A DNA stretch of 64,000 nt from Vulcanimicrobiota bacterium (GTDB taxonomy: Bacteria > Vulcanimicrobiota > Vulcanimicrobiia > Vulcanimicrobiales > Vulcanimicrobiaceae). The position numbers and the translations under genes are program-made. Of this stretch, positions 1-8,413 are shown one piece after another; within the stretch, counting starts at the first letter, position 1, and every line of letters begins with the position of its first letter. The stretch spans positions 1-64,000 of the forward strand of contig CAWAXX010000002.1 of NCBI GenBank assembly GCA_963786105.1, in the 5' to 3' direction. A model generated the notes under the pieces. It had not been told where the DNA came from. It did not search any database and was given only the letters and a program-made list of their open reading frames with translations.

Positions 1-1
1 C

Positions 2-1252
2 ACTGGGGTAATTTCCGGTGCCATTCTGTTCATCAGCAAGGACTTCTCGTTGAGCACGCGCTTGCAGGAGTTTACGATCAGCATCGTGCTGATCGGCTGC
101 ATCGCCGGCTCGGCCGTCGCCGGTACCGTCGCCGACGCGATCGGCCGGCGCCTGACGCTCTTGGCGGCGGGCATCATCTTTCTAATCGGTGCTCTCGTGT
201 CGGCGTTCACGCCCGACGAAACGATCTTGCTCGTCGGTCGCTTCATCGTCGGCATCGGAATTGGATTTAGTTCGGTGGTCTCGCCGCTCTATATTTCCGA
301 AGTCGCTCCCGCAAAGGTGCGCGGCGCGCTCGTCTCGCTCTACCAGTTTGCCATCACGGTGGGCATTCTCGGAGCGTACTTCATCGACTACATCTTAGCC
401 GTTGGCGGCGACTGGCGCTGGATGCTTGGTTTTGCGCTGGTTCCGTCGCTGATCCTGATCGTCGGGATGATTTTCATGCCCGAGAGCCCGCGGTACCTGT
501 TCAAAATCGGCCACGATTCGCGGGCGCGCGACGAACTGAACCGGATCGCGGAGAACCCCCAAGATTCGATCCACGAGGAACGCTCGATCCGCGAAAGTCT
601 GAAAGTCAAGAGTGCGGGGTTTGCCGCCTTCAAAGTGCCTGCGGTCGGCCTCGCACTGTTCATCGGGGTTTCGTTGGCATTATTGCAACAAGTCACCGGC
701 ATCAACACCGTCATCTACTACGGTCCGCAGATTTTCCAAATGGCGGGTATTGCGTCGAACACGGCGTCGATCTTGGCGCAAACGCTGGTCGGCTCGGTAA
801 ACGTCTTGTTGACGCTCGTCGCCATTTTCTTCGTCGACCGGCTCGGGCGCAAACCACTGCTCTACATCGGTTTGACTGGAATGTTTCTCGCGCTCACGAC
901 CCTCGGCGCTGCGTTCGCGCAGCCGCATCTCTCGGGATCGCTCGGCACGATCGCGCTGGCGAGCATGATGGTGTACGTCGGATGCTTTGCCTTCAGCCTC
1001 GGCCCGATCGTCTGGCTGCTCATTTCGGAAATCTTCCCGCTGCCGGCCCGCGGCCTCGGGATGTCGATCTCGACGCTGGCCAACTGGGTTGGAAATTTCT
1101 TGGTGTCGCAATTCTTCCTAACGATGATCAATAGGCTCGGACGGCCGCTGACGTTTTGGGTGTACGCCGCGCTGTGCGTCGTGACGATCGTCTTCATTCG
1201 AGCGATGGTGCCCGAAACCAAGCGCGAACTGCTCGAAGAGATTCGCGTGTAA
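2..1252 (+). CDS. Sugar porter family MFS transporter (5' end outside window)
   Basis: Frame is open from position 2 (TGVISGAILFI, the sugar-porter TM1 motif). Also has DAIGRR, PLYISE, PESPR, QQVTGIN, DRLGRK and PETK motifs and many TM segments. Confidence 0.93.
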   Translation, partial: TGVISGAILFISKDFSLSTRLQEFTISIVLIGCIAGSAVAGTVADAIGRRLTLLAAGIIFLIGALVSAFTPDETILLVGRFIVGIGIGFSSVVSPLYISEVAPAKVRGALVSLYQFAITVGILGAYFIDYILAVGGDWRWMLGFALVPSLILIVGMIFMPESPRYLFKIGHDSRARDELNRIAENPQDSIHEERSIRESLKVKSAGFAAFKVPAVGLALFIGVSLALLQQVTGINTVIYYGPQIFQMAGIASNTASILAQTLVGSVNVLLTLVAIFFVDRLGRKPLLYIGLTGMFLALTTLGAAFAQPHLSGSLGTIALASMMVYVGCFAFSLGPIVWLLISEIFPLPARGLGMSISTLANWVGNFLVSQFFLTMINRLGRPLTFWVYAALCVVTIVFIRAMVPETKRELLEEIRV

Positions 1253-1266
1253 GCGGGGTGACGGCA

Positions 1267-2259
1267 ATGTTCGCGGCAGTGCGCCATGCGGTCGATCCGC
1301 AGGGAGTCTTGAGAAACGAAGGTGTGGCCGTACCGCAACCGCGGAGCGGCGAAGTGCTGCTGCGCGTGCGGGCATGCGGCGTCTGCCGAACGGACCTTCA
1401 TATCGTCGATGCGGAGCTGCCGCCGCATGGCGACCGGGTGATTCCCGGCCATCAAATCGTCGGGGAAGTGACGGCGGTGGGCGATGGAGTCGACGCCGCA
1501 TTCGAGGGCGCGCGCGTCGGCGTTTCGTGGTTGGGCGGAACGGACGGGACCTGTACCCAATGCCTTTCGGGACGCGAGAACCTGTGTGACCGGCCGACTT
1601 ATACCGGTTACGATCGCGACGGAGGCTACGCCCAATTCGCTTGCGCGCGCGCAGACTTTACGATTCCGCTTCCGCGAGGTCTCGACGATTTGCAAGCGGC
1701 GCCGTTGCTTTGCGCCGGAATCATCGGATTTCGCGCGCTGTGCGTCGCCGGCGTAGAGCCCGGCGAGCGCGTCGGATTGTTCGGCTTTGGTTCGTCGGCG
1801 CATCTCGCGCTCCAGGTCCTGCGCGCCTGGAACTGCGACGTCTACGTCGCGACCCGCGGCGAGGGACATCGCGAGTTCGCGCGGCGCCTCGGTGCCGTGT
1901 GGGTTGGCGATGCACTCGAAAAGCCGCCGGTGCATCTGGATCGCGCCGTGACGTTCGCTCCGGCGGGGGACGTGGTCGTCGCGGCACTGGCGTCGTTGCG
2001 CAAGGGCGGGGTGGTCGCGATTAACGCCATTCACCTCGATCGCATGCCGTCGTTCGACTACGATTCGCTGCTGTGGGGCGAACGGCAGATCCGCAGCGTC
2101 ACCAACGCGACCCGTGCCGACGCGCGCGACTTCCTGGCGATTGCTGCGGCCGAACGGATCGTGGCCGAGACGACCGAGTTTTCCTTGCGGGACGCAACCA
2201 GAGCACTCGACGCGGTGCGCGGCGATGCGCTCGACGGCGCGGCGGTGATCCGTCCGTGA
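1267..2259 (+). CDS. Zinc-dependent alcohol dehydrogenase family protein
   Basis: CGVCRTDLH, PGHQIVG, structural-Zn cysteines (CTQC..ENLC), GFGSSA. ATG at 1267 chosen over the ORF-track start, which overlaps the upstream gene. Confidence 0.9.
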   Translation: MFAAVRHAVDPQGVLRNEGVAVPQPRSGEVLLRVRACGVCRTDLHIVDAELPPHGDRVIPGHQIVGEVTAVGDGVDAAFEGARVGVSWLGGTDGTCTQCLSGRENLCDRPTYTGYDRDGGYAQFACARADFTIPLPRGLDDLQAAPLLCAGIIGFRALCVAGVEPGERVGLFGFGSSAHLALQVLRAWNCDVYVATRGEGHREFARRLGAVWVGDALEKPPVHLDRAVTFAPAGDVVVAALASLRKGGVVAINAIHLDRMPSFDYDSLLWGERQIRSVTNATRADARDFLAIAAAERIVAETTEFSLRDATRALDAVRGDALDGAAVIRP

Positions 2260-2699
2260 GCCGTGGATTCGTCAAGGACGACGACGACCGTCCCGAACGT
2301 CCGCCGCCGCGTCCGGTGAGCGATCGTCCGAACTACGTGACGTCCAGCGGGCTGGCGCTCCTGAACGACGCGCTCGAACGCGCGCGCGCGAGCGCCGATA
2401 AGCGCAACGTGGAGTATTACGAAGAACGCATCGCGAGCGCGCAGGTCGTCGACCCGAAGTCCGCCGAGCTGGGCGTGGTGGCGTTCGGCCGCACGGTGAT
2501 CGGACACGAAGACGCCGGCGGCGCAAAAATTCGGCTCCGCATCGTCGGTGAAGACGAAGCCGATCCGGCGCACGGAACGATCAGCTGGATATCGCCGTAT
2601 GCCGAGGCGCTGATCGGTCACCGCGCCGGCGATCGCGTCGTCGTCCAGCGCCCGGCCGGACCGGCCGTCGTCGTCATCGACGCCGTCGAAACGGCTTGA
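2256..2699 (+). CDS. GreA/GreB-family elongation factor, short MSRxFVK-type variant
   Basis: GTGA overlap with the previous stop. PNYVT and the Gre C-terminal domain motifs VAFG, RIVGEDEAD, ISWISP..ALIG..GD. Confidence 0.85.
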   Translation: MSRGFVKDDDDRPERPPPRPVSDRPNYVTSSGLALLNDALERARASADKRNVEYYEERIASAQVVDPKSAELGVVAFGRTVIGHEDAGGAKIRLRIVGEDEADPAHGTISWISPYAEALIGHRAGDRVVVQRPAGPAVVVIDAVETA

Positions 2700-4333
2700 A
2701 CCCACAAGTCAGCGTCGTCATCCCCGTCTACGACAATTGGTGGCTGACGGCGCGCACGCTGCGCGTGCTGGACGGATTGCGCGGTTCGACGCTGCCCTTC
2801 GAAGCGATCGTCGTCGACAACGCGTCGACCGACGAAACGCCCGGCGCGATTAGCGCCTTCCCGTGGGTGCGCTACAAGCGGATGGATCGCAATCAAAACT
2901 TTGCCGGTGCCTGCAACGCCGGAGCGCGCCTGGCAGAGGCTCCGCTCGTCCTCTTTCTCAACAACGACGCGTATCCGTTGGACGACGCCATCACGCCGCT
3001 CGTCCGCACCTTCGACCGGCCCGACGTGACGATTGCCGGCGGCGCGCTGTTCTTCGAAGACGGGGCGACCCAGTGCGCGGGATTCGTCGTACTGCCGAAC
3101 GCGCATTGGCACTACTCGTGCCGTAATCTGCCGCCGGGTCTCGACGGCGTCACGCGTTCGCGCGAGGCGTTGGGCGTCTCGGGCGCAGCCATGGCCGTGC
3201 GAACCCGGTGGTTTCTCGACGAGGGCGGCTTCGACGAATCGTATATCAACGGTTTCGAAGACGTCGATTTGTGCATGCGGGCGCGTGAGGGTGGCCGGAC
3301 GATCGTCTACGTGGCGGAAGCACGCTTCGCGCACTACGAAGCCGCGTCGGCCGGGCGTTACGAGCGCGAAGCCGAAAACGAAGCGCGATTTTACCACCGA
3401 TGGTCGGCGCGCTTTGCAGGCATGCCGCGAACCGCGCGCGGCAACGTGCGCGGCGTTGGGGTAAATGCGCCTTCCGGCGCCTCGTCGTTTTTGATGGCCG
3501 GCTTGGAAGATCTCGAACGGGCGTTGCGCGCCTTCGGTCATCCGGTGATTCGAGGCACGAAACCTTGGCATCGCTTCGACGCAAGGTTCCGTGAAAGTGC
3601 GGCGCTCGAATGGTTTACTTCGGGAACCGCGCGGCCGGCCGTCTCCGTCGAACGCGGCGGCCAAGCGCCGGTAGTGCACGTGCGTGGTGCCGTGGAGTTG
3701 CAGGTGCCGTGGCTTCCGTGCGCCGATTCCGAACGCGTCGCGACGCTGACGATCCGGCCGTCGCTAGACCCGGCTTGTGCGGCAGTCGCGATCGCCGGTT
3801 TCGAATCCGCGCCGCCGTCGCTCAAGGGTGAAACGATCGCGGCGTTCGACGATCTATTCGCTCGCGGCGCGGTATCGCGACTGATCGTGGTCGCGCAAGA
3901 CACGCGCTCCGGCGAACTTATGGCGCACTTCGGCGAGCGAGCCGAACTGGTCCCGCCGTTAGCGCCTGCAAGCGCGCACCGGGTCGAGGCCGCATGCGTC
4001 GTACAGGCCGGCTTTACCGACGACTGCGCGTTCGGCAACGTCTTGCTCGCGCAGTCCGGATTGCCGACGGTCGTAGCTGGATCGGAACTCGGCACGCTGC
4101 TTTCGCCCGATGTGGCGCCGATCGCCCAACCCGGCGAGCTCGTCGCTGGAGTCGATTGCTTCGTAAACGACGTGCAGGTGCGCGCCCGGTACGGAACGCT
4201 GGTCGCGGCCGACGCGCGGCGCCGATTTTCGCCGCGGCGATCGGCCATTCGCGTGGTCGATCTGCTGTGCGCGGCGCGCTTCGGACTCGAGCGTCCGTCG
4301 GCCGCGCGCAGCAACACGCCCCTAGCGCGTTAG
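2696..4333 (+). CDS. Glycosyltransferase family 2 with uncharacterised C-terminal extension
   Basis: VSVVIP, VVDNASTD, NFAGACNAG, FLNND, GGFDE..FEDVDLC (rhamnosyltransferase-like GT2). Confidence 0.85.
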   Translation: MNPQVSVVIPVYDNWWLTARTLRVLDGLRGSTLPFEAIVVDNASTDETPGAISAFPWVRYKRMDRNQNFAGACNAGARLAEAPLVLFLNNDAYPLDDAITPLVRTFDRPDVTIAGGALFFEDGATQCAGFVVLPNAHWHYSCRNLPPGLDGVTRSREALGVSGAAMAVRTRWFLDEGGFDESYINGFEDVDLCMRAREGGRTIVYVAEARFAHYEAASAGRYEREAENEARFYHRWSARFAGMPRTARGNVRGVGVNAPSGASSFLMAGLEDLERALRAFGHPVIRGTKPWHRFDARFRESAALEWFTSGTARPAVSVERGGQAPVVHVRGAVELQVPWLPCADSERVATLTIRPSLDPACAAVAIAGFESAPPSLKGETIAAFDDLFARGAVSRLIVVAQDTRSGELMAHFGERAELVPPLAPASAHRVEAACVVQAGFTDDCAFGNVLLAQSGLPTVVAGSELGTLLSPDVAPIAQPGELVAGVDCFVNDVQVRARYGTLVAADARRRFSPRRSAIRVVDLLCAARFGLERPSAARSNTPLAR

Positions 4334-4359
4334 CGTGCGCGCTTGCGCTCCTGACAAAA

Positions 4360-4378
4360 CGCTTCGCTCAGGATGACG
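4360..4378 (-). repeat. Partial CGTC-tagged REP-like repeat
   Basis: Minus strand reads cgtcatcctgagcgaagcg, sharing gtcatcctgagcg with the copy at 16927. Lies between convergent genes. Confidence 0.5.
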
Positions 4379-5951
4379 CGGGACCGTAGCCGCCGCCGCC
4401 GGGCGTTTGCACGATGACGACGTCGCCCGGCTCGAGCGCGAGCGTTGCTTTGGCCGCAATTTTGGTTTCGCAACCGTTGTGAATCAGGGTATGGCGCCCG
4501 CACGCGCCCGCCTCACCGCCCTGCGCTCCGGGCGGCCGCAGCGCGTGGCGGTCGGCCAGCAGCGACGCGTGCGCCGAGCCTTCGACGAGCTCGATCGCGC
4601 GAATGAGTCCGTTTCCGCCGCGATGCCGTCCCGCACCACCGGTTCCTTCGGCAAACTCGTATCGGATGACCCGCAGCGGATACTCGCGCTCGATTGCTTC
4701 GATCGGCGTGTTGGACGTGTTGGTCATGTGACATTGGATGCCGTCGATGCCGTCGCTCGCCGGCCGCGCTCCCATGCCGCAGCCGTTGGTTTCGTAAAAC
4801 GCCCAGACGCGGCCGTCGGGGCGCGTTCCTCCCATCACGACGTTGCTCATCGTGCCGCCGCTGCACGCCGGCACGCGCTCGGGGACGGCGTGCGCGAGCG
4901 CCTGGAGCACGACGTCGGCGTTGCGCGTGCTGGTTTCGACGTTTCCACCCGAAACCGGCGCGGGACGGCGCGGGTTGAGCAGCGTTCCTTCCGGCGCGAA
5001 CACGTCGACTGGTCGGAAGCAGCCATCGTTCATCGGAATCGTCGGATCGGTAACGGCCCGCAGCGCGTAATGCACGCCCGATAGCGTAACGCCGAACACC
5101 GCGTTAAGCGGAGCGTTCACTTGGGTGCTGGTTCCGGTGTAATCGAGTGACGCCGTTCCGTCGCTGAGGGTCAGCTTCACCGCGATGCGGATCGTCGGTG
5201 AGCCGCTACGGTCTTCCATGAAATCCGTGCTTTCAAAAACGCCGTTTCCCAGTGCGCGCAAGGCATTGCGCATCCTGGTTTCGCTGTCGGCCAGGACGCG
5301 CTCGACGGCCGCCAGCACGACGCCGGCCGTGTATCTTTCGCACAACTCGAGCAGCCGGCGTTCGCCGGTGTAGTTGCCGGCGATTTGTGCGCGTAAGTCG
5401 CCGGCGCGTGCCTGCGGCGTGCGCGAGTTGGCGCGAAACAGCTCGACGGTCGCCTCCACCGGCTCCTCATCTTCGATCAGGCGCATCGGCGGAACGACGA
5501 GGCCTTCGGCAAACAAGTCGGCGGCGTCGACCGGCATCGATCCCGGAGCGCTGCCGCCGACATCGGTGTGGTGCGCCTTGTTCGCCGCGAACCCGATCAA
5601 GGCGCCCGCAAAAAACACCGGGCGAATGACGGTGACGTCGTTGAGGTGCGTGCCGGTGATGTACGGATCGTTTGCGACCCACATTTCTCCGCGCGCGAAG
5701 CCGCCGCGCTCGCGTACGACGATTCGCATCGTTTGAATGAGCCCCCACGGCAGCGATCCGAGATGCACCGGGATGTGCTCGGCCTGCGCGATTAACCGGC
5801 CGCGTGCGTCGAATAGCGCGCACGAATGGTCGAGCCGTTCCTTGATGTTCGGCGAATATGCGCTGTTGCGCACCGCGATGCCCATTTCTTCGCTGGCGTA
5901 GACCAGGGCGTTCTTGATGACCTCAACGGTAATCGGATCGACGTCGTTCAC
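4368..5951 (-). CDS. Hydantoinase B/5-oxoprolinase family subunit
   Basis: DPITVEVI, SPNIKE, HIPVHLG, NDPY..GTHLND, HHTDVGG, TPGGGGYG. GTGA overlap with subunit A. Confidence 0.92.
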   Translation of the reverse strand: MNDVDPITVEVIKNALVYASEEMGIAVRNSAYSPNIKERLDHSCALFDARGRLIAQAEHIPVHLGSLPWGLIQTMRIVVRERGGFARGEMWVANDPYITGTHLNDVTVIRPVFFAGALIGFAANKAHHTDVGGSAPGSMPVDAADLFAEGLVVPPMRLIEDEEPVEATVELFRANSRTPQARAGDLRAQIAGNYTGERRLLELCERYTAGVVLAAVERVLADSETRMRNALRALGNGVFESTDFMEDRSGSPTIRIAVKLTLSDGTASLDYTGTSTQVNAPLNAVFGVTLSGVHYALRAVTDPTIPMNDGCFRPVDVFAPEGTLLNPRRPAPVSGGNVETSTRNADVVLQALAHAVPERVPACSGGTMSNVVMGGTRPDGRVWAFYETNGCGMGARPASDGIDGIQCHMTNTSNTPIEAIEREYPLRVIRYEFAEGTGGAGRHRGGNGLIRAIELVEGSAHASLLADRHALRPPGAQGGEAGACGRHTLIHNGCETKIAAKATLALEPGDVVIVQTPGGGGYGPASS

Positions 5952-8026
5952 GACGCTATCGTTTCGCGGTCGAGCGCCAGCAAGCCGTCGCGGACGGTGC
6001 ACGACCAGCCGGTCGCGAGATACGTGCACGTATCGTACTGCTCGACGATCGCAGGGCCGGCGATCTGGTTGCCGTCCGCCAGTCGTTCGCGCGCGAAGAC
6101 CGGCGCGTGCTCGAAACGATTGGCCTGCCAAACCCGCCGGTGAGCGTCCGCCCGCGGGGTGCTGCGGGCCCCGTCGTGCGAGCGCGGTGCGCCGTTGGTT
6201 GCGTGGGGTAACGTGCCGAAGGCCGTTAACCGGGCGTTGACGAGTTCGATCCGCTCGCCCGGAACGTCATACCCGTAGCGCGCGCGATGAGTCTGGTGAA
6301 AATGTCGAGCGACGGCTTCGGGCGCGGGATGGTGGTCGATGGTTAGCTCGAAGCTTTGCCCGGTGTAGCGTGCGTCGAGCTCGCGCCGGAACCGGATCGA
6401 GCCGGCTGCAGCGCCCTGCTCGAGCAGCGCGTCGCGCCCGCGCGTCTCCCAGTCCGCAAAGACGAGTTCGAGCTCGTCAAAGTTCGTCTCGTCGAGTTCT
6501 TGCAGCATCGGAATGACGGCGTTTTCGCGCACGTCGGCGACCAGCAGGCCGTACGCCGAAAAGATACCGGGACGCTGCGGAACGAGAACGCGTGTGATGT
6601 TCAACTCGTCCGCGAGCGCGCAGGCGTGCAGCGGACCGCCGCCGCCGAATGCCGCCAGCGTGAAGTCTCGGGGATCGAGCCCGCGCTCGATGGTCACGAT
6701 GCGAAGCGCCTTGGACATCTGCGCGTCGATGAGGGTGACGATGCCTGCAGCCGTCTCTTCGACGCCCAGTCCGAGCGGGGCGGCGAGCGCCGCCACCGCC
6801 GAGTGCGCGCGGCGAGCATCGATCGGAAACGCTCCGCCGAGCAAGTGCGTTTGATTGAGACGCCCCAAGACGACGTTCGCGTCGGTGACGGTCGCACGTT
6901 CGGAGTTCCCGTAACACGCCGGCCCCGGGTCGGCACCGGCCGATATCGGTCCGACGCGCAGCGAGCCGGCATCGTCGATCCAGGCGATCGTTCCGCCACC
7001 CGCGCTTACTTCGGCGAGATCGACGAACGGAAATCGAACCGGATACCCGCTGCCTCGTACCGCTCGCCCGCTGTGCGTCCTTCCGGCCGCTTCGAACTCG
7101 GCGACGACGTGCGCTGTGCCATCGACGATGGCGGCAGTTTTGGCGGTCGTGCCGCCCATGTCGAAGGAAAGCAAGCACCGCACGCCCGAGCGGCTGCTCA
7201 GGGCCGCCGCCGCAACGACGCCGCTCGCAGGGCCACTTTCGACGATCGCGGCAGCCCGCGAAGCGGCGTGCGATGCCGCCGCCAGCCCGCCGTCGCTGCG
7301 CATCACGTAGTATGGCTTAGTGAAACCCCGCTCGCGCAGCGCTTTCGTCAAACCATCGAGGTAGCGCGCCACCAACGGCGTCAGAGCGGCGTTCACCACC
7401 GTCGTGGAAAATCGCTCGTACTCGCGATATTCAGGATCGATCTGTGAGGACCGCACGACCGTTGCCCCAGGCAACGCCGCCGCGATTGCTTCGGCAACCC
7501 GGCGCTCGTGCCGTTCGTTGGCGTACGAGTGCAGCAGACAAACGGCCACCGAAGGCACGTCGCGCTCTCGCAGCGCGGCGCAGACCTGCAGCAGCGACGA
7601 TTCGTCGAGAGGCTCGAGAATCTCGCCGCGGTAGTCGACGCGTTCGCGAACGGTGAAGCGATCTTCGCGGGCAACCAACGTCCGCGGGCGCTCGACGAAA
7701 AGGTCGTATACGTCGCTGCGGTTCTGTCGTCCGATCTCGATCACGTCGCGAAAACCGTGCGTGGTGACGAGCGCGATCCGCGGGAGCTCGAGACCGAGCT
7801 GTCCCAACAACGCGTTCGTGGCGATCGTCGTCGAGTGTCCCAAGAACTCGATATCCGAGGCTTGGTGCCCGCGTGCGGCCAGAAATCGTTCGAGCGCATC
7901 GATGACGCCTCGCTGGGGCTCGCGCGGCGTACTCGGAACCTTGACGGTGACGGTTTCGCCGCTGTCGGAATCGATCGCCGCGAGATCGGTGAAGGTCCCG
8001 CCGACGTCGATCCCTACCCGAAGCAC
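5948..8026 (-). CDS. Hydantoinase A/5-oxoprolinase family subunit
   Basis: GIDVGGTFTD, HSTTIATN, EYREYER, ESGPA, DMGGT, SAGADPGPACY, FGGGGPLH. Confidence 0.93.
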   Translation of the reverse strand: MLRVGIDVGGTFTDLAAIDSDSGETVTVKVPSTPREPQRGVIDALERFLAARGHQASDIEFLGHSTTIATNALLGQLGLELPRIALVTTHGFRDVIEIGRQNRSDVYDLFVERPRTLVAREDRFTVRERVDYRGEILEPLDESSLLQVCAALRERDVPSVAVCLLHSYANERHERRVAEAIAAALPGATVVRSSQIDPEYREYERFSTTVVNAALTPLVARYLDGLTKALRERGFTKPYYVMRSDGGLAAASHAASRAAAIVESGPASGVVAAAALSSRSGVRCLLSFDMGGTTAKTAAIVDGTAHVVAEFEAAGRTHSGRAVRGSGYPVRFPFVDLAEVSAGGGTIAWIDDAGSLRVGPISAGADPGPACYGNSERATVTDANVVLGRLNQTHLLGGAFPIDARRAHSAVAALAAPLGLGVEETAAGIVTLIDAQMSKALRIVTIERGLDPRDFTLAAFGGGGPLHACALADELNITRVLVPQRPGIFSAYGLLVADVRENAVIPMLQELDETNFDELELVFADWETRGRDALLEQGAAAGSIRFRRELDARYTGQSFELTIDHHPAPEAVARHFHQTHRARYGYDVPGERIELVNARLTAFGTLPHATNGAPRSHDGARSTPRADAHRRVWQANRFEHAPVFARERLADGNQIAGPAIVEQYDTCTYLATGWSCTVRDGLLALDRETIAS

Positions 8027-8047
8027 GTAGCTAAGACCGCTGATGAA

Positions 8048-8413
8048 TCAATCTGGGTTGACGCAGGCGAGTTGGTTTTTCCACTTAACTTCGACGTTCT
8101 TTGCGCTGACGGTACTATTGTGACCGTTGACTTTCGCCATGGCCGTTTGTCCGCTCTTGTCGTTGGTAAACGTTACCGTATCGATGCCCGCGGACGACGT
8201 GTCGGTTTCGTCGGATACTCCGGGTAAACTGGCGACCCGGGCGTGACCGAGGGTGAACGTGATGCTGCCCAGCGAGCCCGAGCAAGCTGATATCGCCTGT
8301 TTGAACGTGAGCGTAGACGGTTGCAGGGTGACGGCGGAGCCGGCCGCCGCCGCGTTTGCCGCACCAGCCATCAACAAAGCTAAAACCATCGACAGAACCG
8401 CCGGAGTTTTCAT
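8048..8413 (-). CDS. Small secreted hypothetical protein
   Basis: Signal peptide MKTPAVLSMVLALLMAGAANA, beta-rich body with two Cys, ATGA overlap with the upstream gene. Confidence 0.7.
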   Translation of the reverse strand: MKTPAVLSMVLALLMAGAANAAAAGSAVTLQPSTLTFKQAISACSGSLGSITFTLGHARVASLPGVSDETDTSSAGIDTVTFTNDKSGQTAMAKVNGHNSTVSAKNVEVKWKNQLACVNPD

